Made by a program: the position numbers and the translations under genes. A stretch of DNA of 64,000 nucleotides. It comes from Moniliella sp. 'wahieum'. Its lineage: Eukaryota. Shown in pieces: positions 1 through 12,800 of this stretch. Under the pieces are notes generated by a model. It did no database searches and was not told the DNA's origin. It saw only the letters and a program-made list of their open reading frames with translations. Location of the stretch: NCBI GenBank assembly GCA_003971905.1, contig RSEE01000003.1, positions 930,001 to 994,000 on the forward strand, written 5' to 3'. Each line of letters opens with the position of its first letter. Position 1 is the first letter of the stretch.

Positions 1-1362
1 GACCGTGCACCGAGCTGGCTGGCCAGGCGGGGCCGCCCTTCCCAAGTGGGAGCAGATGGACCAGCTGCTTCAGATCTACTGGGACCAAGTGGCCGTTGTT
101 TCCCATGGTACGACGCGGCGCAGGTACGGGGCAAGGCAGAGAGCACTGTACGGTTGCCCGACAAGCCACTCAACAGCCAGCAGGGCGGGATGCTGCCTTT
201 GCTCGCCTTCCTCTGTGCCGTGGCAGCCAAAGTGTACAATCTGTCACCCTCCTCGCGCCTGCTTGAGTGGGAGTAGACACGGACGCGCCGGCCCGCCTCT
301 CGGGGCTGGGAAGGCAGTGTTTCCACCAAGGTTTTCTCCAGGTAGAACAGAACGCGGTCCGATGCGCGGCTGTCCCATCGTCCAGCTTCTCATCACGGCC
401 GGGATTGGGCTCAGCCTCGTGGCTGAGGTGGTTGTGTACTAGACACGTGTTTACGCGCTGCACGGCAGTCGCACATGGACGGACGGTTGGGCCCGGTGCA
501 GAGGATGAACCGGAAGGAGGACATTGTCCAGGCTGCTTGCTTTCCATGCTGGTCTACCTAGACTGGTGGGTGTCGCTATCACAGGGATGCCATATGGTCT
601 ATGAAAACACCTTCACCAGTCGTGGGAGGACGCACGTGTCCCAGAGCATATGGAGGCATTTTGCAGTGTGGGAGACCAACTGCGCATTGCCCGTCTCGCC
701 CTTTGGCTCGAGGACGGGGAAGCGACGGGGCAGGCCGTGGCCAAGGAGGCGAGGGCGGTGCTGGACGGGCTGCCACTCGGGCTGAGAGGGACAAGTGTGC
801 AAGCTGTGCAAGCTGTGCATGTGAAGAGCACACTCCACTTCTGCTGTTGGGGGTGCACATGCCCTTGTTTCCGGATGGTCGGGACCAAGCACGGGAGCAT
901 GCGATGGCACTGGTCGACTTGGCGCAGGAAGCACGGCAGAGGAGGTACTGCTGCTGCGTAGCAAGCGTGCGGCGCGTCATGCACTGGTCAATGCGGGGCT
1001 GGTTCTGCTTGCGGATGCTGTGCGTGCGAGGGCGCGAAAGCACGCGCGAGAGAGGAGGCAAGGCGATGCTGGAGGCGGCGGAGAACCTGGCGGAGGCGAC
1101 CCTGGAGCGCGAGCCGGCGACGCGGGCTCTACCGGAGGGGCTGGAGGGGCTGCTGCGGATGGGCTGCTGCAGCTGGCCAGCGGGGAGGGCGATGATGCGG
1201 CGGCGGTGGCGGCGGGCAGGCGGTGCGGACGAGATGGGGGTAGGTGTGGGCGCCGTTCTGTCCGACCCGTCCTGCAGCGGGGGGGGTGCCGGCAGGGCCG
1301 TCGTAGCCGCGAAGGAGGGCTTTGTACATTTTACTCCAGGCGACGAGATAGGGTTACTCTAG
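1..1362 (+). CDS. Fungal-specific transcription factor (Fungal_trans/middle homology region), 3' part; 5' end outside window
   Basis: Frame-shifted segments LPKWEQMDQLLQIYWDQV, LPLLAFLCAVAA and LLSMLVYLDWWVSLSQG resemble the middle homology region of Zn2Cys6 factors. The zinc cluster itself is not in the window. Stop taken from ORF 601..1362. Confidence 0.5.
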
Positions 1363-1582
1363 CAGGTGTGGGTTGTGTTGCTGGACAGCCAGGCGGAACG
1401 CGGCGCCAAATGCAAACCCGCGCCGCATTCCGCCCCGGTGGGGCAGGCGGGGCATCCAAGCGCATCCAGCCTCCAGCGGGGCACAGCAGCACACAGCAGC
1501 CGCCGCAGCCGACCAGCCCCACGTGGAGGCCGCTGCCCCACCCCACCCTCCCCCCGAGCCCCACCGTCGCTGCGTCGCCGCC

Positions 1583-4500
1583 ATGTCCATGCGCGAGCGC
1601 CACAGCCGCCGCCCCAGCAAGGCCTCCCGCCCCCCGCCGAGCACACCCCCCCCACCGGCGCCGCCGCCCCCGTCCCCCCGCGCTCATCACCTACGCCGGC
1701 AGCGAGCCCCTGCTCGCCAGCCCCTTCTGCGCCCATGTCCTCTCCAGCATCTCCACCCAGCTGCCCATCACCGGCATCGCCCCGCCCGCCGTCGCCCGCA
1801 CCGCGCCACCGCCCCCTGCCGCCGGCGTCTGGAGCCCCGCCCCCGCGGCCAGCGAGCTCCCGCCTCTCCACACCGAGCTCGTCGAGCTCGGCACCCACCT
1901 GACCCGCGTCCAAGCCAGCAGGATGCCTTCATCTCTCCTTCCACGCCCTCTCCTTCCCGCTCGCCCACCTCTACCTGCTGGTCTGTGACGATGCCGAGCA
2001 CTACCGCACCTCGGTCCGCGACGATATCAACCGCTGGCACAACGTCCTCCGCCACACCCATGGCCTCCGCCTCCAGCCCGCCGAGATCCCGCACAACGGA
2101 CTCCGGCTGCGCCTCCGGCCAAACGCCCTCGGCTGCTGCGGCGGCGGCGGCCACCGCCGCTGCTGCGGACGTCGATGCCTCCAGCCCATCCTGGATGGAC
2201 AGGAGGAGCCCGATGGCTCATTGTGCTCATCGCTCCGGCTGACAGCGGCACGGCCGATGCCACCTCCTCTGGCGCCAAGCGTCTCTACACCTCCTTCCAA
2301 AAGGGCTCAGTCGCTGACAAACTCAAGTCGGATTTTGGCGCGGGCCATATCGTGCAGCTGACGCGCCTCCACCCTTGTTCCCGCCTGCGGCTATGGGGCG
2401 CTCGGGCCCTGCGCCTGGCGTTGACCCTGGCATGTTTGCCGATCTCATGGCAGCACTGCGACGATCGTGTGCGTTTCTCTGCAAACGATGGTGCGCGCAC
2501 AGGAAAGCATCCTTGCGCGCGCCGAGGCGGTGCACAATACGCTGTTGCTGCATGCCACCGGCGACGGGCTGGACCGGTTCGGTGCACGCAAGATGTGGGA
2601 CTTTAGTTCGTGGATGTTGGCCAAGGACTACCTTGCCCGCACGCTGGAGGCTTTGGGTATGTTGGACGATGCATACTTGCCTACGATGATATCGACACGA
2701 CCATCCTCGCTGGCTCGCATGACCGTCTCTCGGCGGAGTTGGGGGCCATCCCTACTTTTTTGCCTTGGGCGGCCTGAAGCAGGGAAACGACACGGAACCC
2801 ATCATTGACCCTCGCAGGAAACCGTACCGCGAGATGCTGCAGCGGGAACGAATGACTCTCTTTGATGCACGCGTGTTTGTGTTTGCGGCGCGCACGCGCC
2901 TGTTGGCCCAGCTGGGTGGCGCCGCACTCGTTCGTCTCCTCGCGACGCAGAACACGTTCCTTCCGGCCTCGTGCGCAGCCTGACCGCACGCCAGGTACGT
3001 TGCTGCCTTCCTCCGGCCTATTGTGCTCTCCCCTAACCTCCCCGTAATCCCTCCTCCAGACTATGCCCCGTGCCTACTGGCTTCATGGCAGTACACCAAC
3101 AGCCTTGACATTGCTCAGCATGCGTCGAATGGTGGGGTGAACACGAAGCGAAGAAGATGGAAAAGCCACCTCCGCCTCCTTCTGTCTCAGCCGACTCGAC
3201 CGCGCCTCGGACGGGACAGCGTTCCTGCAACACCGAAGGTGAGGACAGCTTACGGCGTCAGCGTTCCAGGCGGCCAAGGCCATTCTGCTTGGTCGGGCGC
3301 GGGCGCAGCTAGAAGTGCTCGGGGGTGGAGCACAAGTTCTTGCCTGCCCTGGCCCCGTTTGCACGGTAGGGGTCTATGCCTTCCCCAATTCGAATGGGGA
3401 GGAGCAAGCGGTAACGACGAGCAAGACCAAAGGTCGAAGTGACCAATGAGGATCTCCTTGCTGCTTTGGTAGGAGAAAATGCGTTTGACCTCCGCTACGG
3501 CGCAGCGGTAGAGACGGAGATGGCGGCGTGGATGCAAGCTCGCAAGACCGCCGGTCTGATGGGGTTACGCTACCGCGTAGGATGCCTCGCATTTTAGCGG
3601 GCTGGTACCAGGAATCGCTGGAGACGTTCGCTGCCCTCGCCGATTCGTATGCGGAAGAAGGTATGAATGCGCTGGTGGAGGAACAGCTGGTCTTGTGGTT
3701 GACCGCATTTGATCGTCTGGAAACAAAGGGGGACAGCTCAGGGGATTGGATTCCGATGGCGGTACGGCTGTGAATGCACGCTCGCTCTTGAAGGAGCGGG
3801 TGCGGATGTTGCCCGTTCCCAAGACGGGCATCAGCTCTGCCAGCCCGTGGCGTAGGACGATACGGTGGGAGCGGCTACGCTCCGTCGAGCCCCCTGAGGA
3901 GGAAGGAGAGCACCATGTGATCAAGGGTTTGTTGCATTTTCGCTACGGGCTGCGACCAATGCGGCGACGACATGCAAAGAAGAAGACGGGGCTGTGCTCC
4001 GTGTGGAACTGCTTGCGCGTCTCGCGGCAGAGCTCAAGGTGGACGGGATTCGACTAAGGGTGCGCAACTCGCATCGTCCCGCCGTCTGGTTCGGATCGGA
4101 CGCGCCATCGCGCGATGGTGCTCAAGTGCTTCTCCGTCCCGGCGTGAACCAACTGGACCTCTTTGCCCCGGCGCCGCCCACGGGACGCTATGTGGTGGAC
4201 CGGGCCCAAGTCCTGGTAGGGCCCTTTGCCTTTGAGTACAGTTTGCCTGTGGGGCCGTTGGACCCCGTGGCGGGACCCACCCTCTCCCCGGGCCAGGGCA
4301 CCGGGTGCGAAACGGCGCAGCTGATCAACATTCCTGAAGATGGTGATGCGTTGTATGCAACGCTGTCCCTTCCCGAGGACATTGTGCTGGATGCGGAGCG
4401 CATGGTAGAGATCACGCTCCATGCCGGGCGGAACCATGTGCAGACCGCTGAGCTCGCCCTTTTGACTCTGGCGGGAGACAGCGTGCCCATCCCAGACGCC

Positions 4501-6205
4501 CGTCTGGCCGGGGAGAAGGCGACGTTGGATGAAGATGCGCCGTCGGCGGGCGTCAGCGAGGTTGGCGCTACCCGTTTGACCGCGGTGGAGAATGCACCCC
4601 GGGTACAAGTACACGACCTGGCTCCGCGCACCGTCGCACGCGTCCTGGTCCCGCTCGATCCCATCTTGGATGCCTCGCCGGCCCAGGGCGGAGGGGGCAT
4701 GGTGCACCTGCATTTGCAAGTGGACTATGTGACCAAGGTACGGCCCGAGGTGGCACGCGTGCTACGCCGCAGGGTGGATCTCAGGACGGCTCTGCCCATC
4801 GGAGTAAGTGTCCAGGACTTTTTCCTGCTCACCCACTTGTTCTCCAAGTTTGCCGTTCTGGCCGGCGGCAACGACGCGCTGCGTGTGCGCTCGGCCCAAC
4901 TCGAGTCGCCCAACGGCCAGTTGACGGTGCATGCACCCCCAGCGGATCAACCAACGGTCGTGACCCCCCCCAACCTGCCTCTTTTGTCTTCCGCTTGGAC
5001 CCGGCCGGAAAGCCTGGGCCCGATTCGGATACCAGTGCCAATACCGATGCCAATACCCTTGCCAATACCGATGCGAATACTGATGCCAATGCCGATGCCG
5101 GTGCCGATGCTGGTGCCGATGCCGATGCCAATGGCGACGCCGACGCCGAGCCGAAAGCAGCCAAGACGATACGAGTCAAACGGGAAGCGCACTCCAGTTG
5201 ACCCTCTTCTTCCGCTCTCTCGCCGAGGAAGCTCGCCTGACCACCCTAGCCCATCTAGAGCAGCGCATTGACGAGGCCGACCCGACGGGCAAGCTGCTCT
5301 CCCCTGCCCGACGAACGTGTCTCCGCCGCGCGCTGGGGCGGCTCGTGGAGGACCGTTTGGACTCGTCCCGCTACGCCTTGACAGGCGAGATTCTGCTTGG
5401 CCAGTTCTCCCTACGGGCATGGGAGGTAACGTGTGATCGATGGGGCGTGGCCGCCGCTACGGGAGGCGAGGAAGAGACGGAACGAGATGCAATCTTGTCG
5501 GTGGTGCAGCGGGCGTTGGAGGATGCTGCGTCAGGCTCGTCGGCGGGAGAAAAGGGGACGTGGCACCGTTTGATCTTGTCTGTCGATCCACCTCGTACCT
5601 CGGTAGTGGCCGCCGTGGAGATCAAGTTGGGTCCTGGGCCCGTTCCGCTGTTGGTGGGCCAGCCACGGAAGGCCGAGGTGACGATCCGCACCTGGACCGG
5701 CTGGAAGGGCAATGCGTTGCTCCCTCCCAAAGGCGAGGAAGTGGCGGCACTGCCGGCGACAGTGGGCGAGGAAGACCCGCATTGGGAATTGACGTACGAA
5801 GTGTTGGGCGGGTACGATACCTGGCTTATGGCCGGCAAGGCGAGGGGCACGTTACCGCTCCCGCACCTCGGCCACCTGCATGGAGGCAACCAAGTCCTGG
5901 TTCATACCATCCCCTTGACCTTGGTCCCTGTCAAGCACGGTGCGCTCCTCTTCCCTGGCGTGAGCGTGAGCGTGACGCCGAAACCGATGGGGGGCGACGT
6001 GGAGCATGCGGAACAGGCGGCGCTTGCCTCGGCCTCGGCCGCCTTGGGCGCACGCTCCGACGTGCCCACGTGCGAGACGTGGCAGTCCAACGGCGCTGAA
6101 CGCGCCGAGGTCGTGCCCCGCAGGTCCCGAGCCACCTTTTGGGTCGACCTGCCCAACGGCTCCCACTGGTCGTCCCAGCCTGGCACGCGCTTCGTGCCTA
6201 CCTGA
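1583..6205 (+). CDS. TRS130: TRAPP II-specific subunit Trs130/TRAPPC10
   Basis: Motifs LITYAGSEPLL, HLYLLVCDDAEHYRTSVRDDINRW, WLIVLIAP, GSVADKLKSDFG, LPIGVSVQDFF and C-terminal WLMAGKARG...LTLVPVKHGALLFPGVSV across frame-shifted ORFs; probable intron near 2995. Confidence 0.85.
5028..5150 (+). repeat. Imperfect hexamer repeat (GCCGAT/GCCAAT) inside TRS130 encoding a D-A-N-T low-complexity insert
   Basis: gataccagtgccaataccgatgccaat...gccgatgccgatgcc; translates to DTSANTDANTLANTDANTDANADAGADAGADAD. Confidence 0.8.
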
Positions 6206-6385
6206 TTGCAGTGTCTCCCCCAACGCTAACGCCCACTCTGGACTCTGCTCCCAGCGCACAGCGCACAGCTCACAGCGCACACCAATCCAATGCCATTTCT
6301 ATGTTTTTGCGAGACGAAAGGTGGGCTACATATGGATAGAGATGCATACATACAGCCGGGCACATTGCTCTGTGGCACCCATCGC

Positions 6386-9257
6386 TCAGTTGCGCGTCGA
6401 CGGCGGCGGGGCGGCGGTCGTCGCCGCGGGGCGAGGAGGGACGTGTCGGATCCGACGCGGTACACCATGGGTTCCAAGCCAGGCGAGGTGCCAGCAGATA
6501 CGGGGGGGGACTGCCGGGCGTCGAGCGGGGGGCAGGGGGGAGCTCCTGCGTGGTGGCGTAGGCGACGGCGGAACGGAAGGGGCGGTGGTAAAGGAGCCTG
6601 AGGTTAACGAGCCATTGGAAGTTACCGACGCCACCGAGGCAGCCGAGAGAGAGTTGCGTGTACCTGTGCCCCACGCCAAGCCCACGGCGTCCTGACCAGC
6701 AGACAGTGGTTCCTCCTCCTCGGGGTTGGACAAGGCGACGGTAGGAGGTGCAGGAGGCGGGCGGTGCGGCTTGTGTTTCGCAGGTTTGGGAGGGCGAGGC
6801 GGAGGACGAAGTGGGCCGGGGGGCAGGACCGAGGGGATGCACCCGCCCGAAGGGGAGCGGGACGGTTTGTTGCTCCGATTGATGGGGGGAGGGAAAGCTT
6901 TAGCGAGATTGACTTGGCCGCTTGTCCGCCGGTCGCTGGGCGGGGGCGGCGGGCCCCGGCGCCGCGCACCGCTCGTGCGTCCATAGGTGGTGTGGGGGGG
7001 AAGAAGACAGAGGGGGGAAAGGGAGAGGCGGTACGATCGACACTCTGCTCTGCAAGCAGGAACGCAGCAGCCGAACGAGGAGCGTCGGTCACGTCCTTTT
7101 CTGTGTTTTCCTCCTCGGGATCCAGAGGCGTAGCAGGCCGGGTGGTGGCTTGTCTCCGCTCTTTCCCGTCCTTTACCATGGGCGGAAGAGCAGAACGGGA
7201 AGAACGGCGCACTACCCCGGGTCGGTCTTCCGCGACCGAAGAAACAGAGGCCCGACGACGCCGGGTCGATGCCTGTCGCGCCAGTACGCTCGCCCGCCGT
7301 CCCAAGTTGGCAGGGGCCGGGGCCACTTGGCTCATCAGATCTTCCTCATTGGGAGCAAGGGCCGTGGAATCATCAGCATCACTAGGCCGCAGGCCCGAAG
7401 TCGACACAGCACGTGGCCGACCCTCAGTCGCCGCCTCTTGTTGGTCCTCCGTTGCTTGCAAGTTGGCATTGGCGATCTTTTGTGTCGCTGCATCGGCCTG
7501 GGCATGCGCCTGGGCCAACGGATCGTCCTCGCGTAGCTCGCCCTTGGAATCAGCTCGTTCGCGAACCACCTGAACCAGTTCCTGCACCCGATGCATCGTC
7601 TGGTCTAGCGTCACCTCTTCTGGCAGCGGAGGGCAGAAAGAAGGGTTAGGCGTTGATCCAGTACGGGTGGCTGGCTTAGGGGACAAAGCCGGAAGGGGCA
7701 GTGTTGCTTCGGACATTGACCTTTTCGGGTGTGGGGACACTCTGGGCCAGGAGGAGACACCACTCGGACGAAAGACAACGGTTGCACAGCCTGATCGTGG
7801 CCGGGTCCATCTCGCGAAACTGCTGTTGGGCTAGAATGCGGAGAAGCAGAGCACGGATTTCGGGCTGTTTGTATGAGTTGGCTCGGAGCTGAGTGTTGAG
7901 CATGAGCGGGTGGAGGACGCGAAGATAAGTGTGACGTAGGGTATCCCGTTCGTCCGGCAAGTCCTGGATTTCGCGAATGAAAATGTCAAGCAGGACCTTG
8001 AGGTCGTTGGTGTAAAAGAAGAGAGCAAGATCGGGGGTGGTAAAGAGGACATAGAGAAGCTTGAGAATCAAAAGCTGGATGCACATGTCCTCCTCCACGT
8101 CGTGGGAGGTGCGGTTGAGCAAAGATAATGTTCTCGCTAAATGTTTTGCTGGCGTGCAGGCGTAGGCGAAGCACATTCACCACCAGGTTGGCCCTGGGAC
8201 GGTGCTGATCCGACTTGGTGCGCTTCTGTTGCGACACGCCACTGAGGCCACTGGCGATGGACCCGTTCGACTTGGTAGGGGGGTCAGCCAAAGAGGCAAC
8301 CATGAATTGCTCGTTCAGCGCAAGCTGTGATACAGAAGGGTCAGAAGGTGCCGCCTACAATAAAAGCAAGGAGAGACGCACAATGAGAAGAATGACATGG
8401 TAGTTGAAGAACTCGTCTTGCTGGTCCCGGGTCTCCTCGACCAGGTCAAACAAATGGTTGATGAACGAGGCCGAGATGCATGCCAGCTGGGACGGGTGCA
8501 GAAGTTGAACCTTGCAAAGAAGATAAAACAGCTGGACTGCCTTGACGCGCAAGTCAGCCTGAAGTGTTGCAACGTGTGCAGGGAGCACTTCCGGATGTGG
8601 GTCAGAACCGGCTGGGTCCTCACTGTTTTGCGATGGTAGTGAGGCGTGTGGCCAAGCAGGGAGAGTGTCCAGAGGTTGTTCTGAGGGGGCAGTTGAGGAG
8701 AGCGAGTCAAGGTCCCCGAGTCCCTGGTCACACGGGTTGGGGGCATGCGCAAGGGGCTGAGATGGGCCAGATGGAAGCGCCCAAGGAGCGAATAAGTTGA
8801 GGATCGGGGCATTTGCTTATCCTTCGGTACACGCTGTGGTCCATAGCAGCGAGATGAAGGATGGAGGTGACGGCCATTAGCAACAAGGGCCCTGGAGTTC
8901 CCTCTTTGCGCAGAAGATCGACAAGCACATCGGCAACGCGGTGCCAGCGCAACTGGCAATAATACGAGCTGCCGATCCGCTCAGCTAGCAGGTCGGCCGC
9001 AGCTGGTGTGGGCAGTGTATCCTCGATCCTTTGGTCGAGCAACTCATACAGCACGTCAAAGGTGGCGGCAATATTGCGGCGCGAAACTGGATCACGGTCG
9101 TCCTCGTCGTCAGGATCGGGCATGGGCGGGGAGAGGGGGAAAAGGTCGTCCACTTGGGCCCAAAAGAGCGGCTGGTCGAAAGGGGCAACGGGGACGCTGG
9201 TATCATCGAGAGCGCTCACGTGGACAGGGGAGGAGGGTCGTTGTGTGCCGTGTGCAT
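6386..9257 (-). CDS. LDB17: Ldb17/SPIN90 (DUF2013) Arp2/3-activating endocytic protein with Pro-rich C-terminal tail
   Basis: CIQLLILKLLYVLFTTPDLALFFYTNDLKVLLDIFIREIQDLPDERDTLRHTYLRVLHPL and FINHLFDLVEETRDQQDEFFNYHVILLIV; start and end approximate. Confidence 0.8.
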
Positions 9258-9315
9258 GGCGAGCGCGGGGGGGAGGGGGGAGGAGGGGCGGCAGGCGGAC
9301 GGAGCAAGGGGGAGC

Positions 9316-9385
9316 GATGGCGATGGAGATGGCAATGGCGATGGCGACGGCGATGGAGACGGAGATGGAGGTGAGATGGCGACGC
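9316..9385. repeat. (GATGGM)n hexamer microsatellite in the LDB17 5' leader
   Basis: gatggcgatggagatggcaatggcgatggcgacggcgatggagacggagatggaggtgagatggcgacg. Confidence 0.8.
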
Positions 9386-9846
9386 AGAGCGATCGCCGCC
9401 CGCCCCACCGTTGTGAACGTCTACGCCGCTGCCAACGCCGCATCCACGCGGTGAGTGAGCAGAGCGCTGATTGATGGCTGATTGCGCTGATTGAATACTG
9501 AGGAGGCCACCGATCAGCGGCTGTGTGACCGCTGATCATCCACCACTCCGCTGCCCCGCCGCTCTCTCTCCGCGCCGGCCAGGGCGAAAGTTTGAAATGT
9601 GACAGGCAGGTGGGCTTATCTAATCGCATGCACAGCCCAGGCTGAGTCTCAGCGCGCTGAGCTGATCGCTGATCAGCGATCACCCCACTTCACGCGAATG
9701 CTGAGCCCTGGCATGGCACATGGCATGCCGCCCCCTCCTTGCACCGATGTTCCCCCACGAGTGTATGCGGGTTACTCTGATGCGCTCGTCCAGGTCACCC
9801 GCGCTGCCCTCAGGCCTCACATGTCACAGCCCTCGCCGCCGCCGCC

Positions 9847-12800
9847 ATGCCCCTCCTCCAGCACATCGAGCGGCAGCAGACGACGCGTGGGTGGGATCTG
9901 CTCAAGTTCTGCGCCGCCACCGACGTGTGTGCTGGCCAGCGCGGTGAGATGGCCGTCTACCGCCGCCCACGGCTGGTGGTGCGCGTCCGCACCGGCACCT
10001 GCACCCAACCGTCGGCGTTTGGCGTCGTCCGCGGCCGCGCCTGCGGTGGGAACCAGCCTGGGAGCTGGCTGGACCGAGTGCGAATCGCTGGTGGTGGATG
10101 TGCACTGGATTGTGGATGAGTCTCGGGTGGACGCTGTGCCTGCGCAGCTTGTGCGTCCCCCCCCCCCCGCCGTGTTACCAGACGCGGGCCCCTGCCCAGG
10201 CTGATGGCTGACCCTCCAGAGCCACAGGAGCACGTAGACCTCCAGCTGCTATTGCGCGAATCGCAGCCCCGGCTATCGGTGGAGATGTCTGCCTCACAAC
10301 CAACCACGTCTCTTGCGCGCCGCGCATCACCGGCTGTGGTCAAGATCTGTGCGCATGTCGTCTCCCTCCGCTACACCCAGCACGACGGCCAGCAGCGCCG
10401 GACCGAGTTGCACTTTGGCAGTCCCCAGGACGCAGATCAGTTTCTGGCCAGCATCCAGGTAGGTCCTGTTTCCAATGCGCTGTCACGGCGCTGCAGATGC
10501 AAGCCATGGCATGCGACAGGAGGCCTGGTCGCAGTGGCGGATGCGGTTGCGGCCTCTGGACGGTGAGAGCCGAGCACTGACGGATTGGCTTGTGCTTGCT
10601 CTGCATGACACCAGGACGCATGTGCGGTGACGCGGGTGCCGTCGTGGCGGTACGATCAGCTGAGGGCACAGCAGGCCCGCCGTGTCCGCTCCCGTAGCGC
10701 CGCCCCGGTGCGTCCGCAGTCGGCATTCACCCCGCGCCCGCACCGCCCACCCCGACCGCCACCCTGGCCCAGCGGCCAGCAGCCTCGGCCTCTCTTCTTC
10801 GCAGCCGGCCGGCCTGCCGTACCCGCGAGCCACGCAGAGCGCCCATGTCCCCCGCTCGGCCGCCTGGGGAAGCCAGGAGCCCTGGGGCGCAGGCGACCTC
10901 TTTGCCCAGTCGCGCGCCAGCCCGCCAGTGCCGCCGCCCGGCCGGTCTCTGTCGCATGGAACGGTCCACCCCGACCGCCGAACGCCGCCGCTGTTGATGC
11001 TGGACGTGGAAAGCTGCCCTCTCATGCCCCATCCCTCCTCGCCCCAGCAACCGCAGGCAGGCATCCGCCCCCTCTTGCCCAGCAGCCGAAGCGCGCAACA
11101 ACACAGGTCCCCGCCTCACCCGCCCCTCTCCCCCACCGTCCTCAGCAGCGTTCATCTCGCATCATGCTGCGCCCCCCGCGCCCCCGCACTCCCCGCACCG
11201 ACCGCGCCTTCCCCCCAGACCAAACACAACTCTTCAGCGCTATGGAACGTAGCCCTGGATCTGCACCGCGCCGGATCCAAAGCAGAACCCAGCGGCTCAC
11301 AACTTGGTCACCTTCCCACCCCGACTCAGGCCGCAGTACACACACCTCAGCATGCCAAACCTTGTCACTTGGCTTCACCGAATGCATCAGACTCAACCTC
11401 AACCTCCGCCCTCGGCCCAACCGCTTTTCCCTCAATCACGGGACAAGATTGCGCCCGCCATTGCGAGACCTGTGCCTCCCCTTCTGCGGGTTTCTGCTAC
11501 GACGAATGTAAAGACCCTTGAACAGAGACAAGAGACACGACCGAAGGTTGAGATCGTCCCTAAAGTGTCGGCGCCAGTGTCTTCTGCGCTTCCTCTGCCT
11601 CCTGCTTCCCAAACCGCTAAAAGACCGCAAAACAGGCTGGGAAACAGACCGCAAACAGGCTGGGAAACAGACCGTGAAACAGACCATTCCAATGCCTCCG
11701 ACACATCATAAGCCTTCCACATTTCGACCTCCTATTTTCGTGACGGATCGTGGCTCTTCAGAGACCCCTATGCCAGAACGGCACGGAGGTTGTGCTACCC
11801 ATGCGTTATCGGCACAATCCGGGTTTCCACAGCCTGCCTCCCAGGAAGGACGCCCATTAAACCCTGAACCCAGCACCGATATTGGGCACGGGTGCGAACC
11901 CTCCCCAAGCAGACTGTGGGGCAGTCAATGTAGAGCCTGTACCCGCACACGACGGTCCTGCAGCGACCCCCAGGGCGTGCAAAACAGTGCCCAACTCCTC
12001 TGGTCCAACTGCGGCCTGCTCGTCCGGGTCAAGCCTGCTCTTGCCCCACCGCGTACCAGTTGCAACTCCCGTTCGTGCACCAAGCACTCTAGGGTCTCCG
12101 GCTCTGCCTCTCAATACGGGCATGACACATCTCCCAGTTCAACGGCCTCGTCCACCTTCGGCGGAAAGAGCAGGGGTTTCTGTGGTGCATGATCCCAACA
12201 CAGTGGGAGAAGCCATCGTCGCGCCGTCATCCCAAAAGAGGCCCCTTGCGGCCCACCTAACGCACTGCGGCCCTCATCTCTTGGAGAAACCGGGACAGAC
12301 CTGCGCGATTCGCGTTCGACGAGCTCCACCCTTCCAACCCTTCCAATCGCTCCCACTGTTCCAACCGCTCCCACTGTTCCAACCGCTCCCACTGTTCCAA
12401 CCGCTCCCACTGTTCCAACCGCTCCCACCGCCCCCACAGCTCCCACAGCTCCCACCGCTCCACCGCTCCACCGCTCCCACCGCTCCCACCGCTCCCACCC
12501 CTCTTACTGCTTCCACCACCGCTCTTACCGCTCCCACCCTTCCCACCGTACCCAGCCTTCCCACCGCTCCCACCGCTCCCACTGCTCCACCGCTCCGATC
12601 GTTCCCATCGCACCCATCGTTGCTCCCAACGCTCCCATCGGTCCCCCCTCTGCTGCTCCATGTCCAGCACCGCTGCCCGTGGGCACATCGTCACAAACAC
12701 TAGGCACCTCTCAACGAAGCGCTGATCTAGTCCCACAACCAACGGGAGCCAGAAGCGCCCGTCGCCCGTACCGGACACTACTGCATCCGGGCAAGAAAAC

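Noticed and set aside
12340..12610. Regular repeats as a CRISPR array
   Set aside because: No unique spacers, no cas genes, eukaryotic context; the repeats are codon-phased coding tandem repeats.
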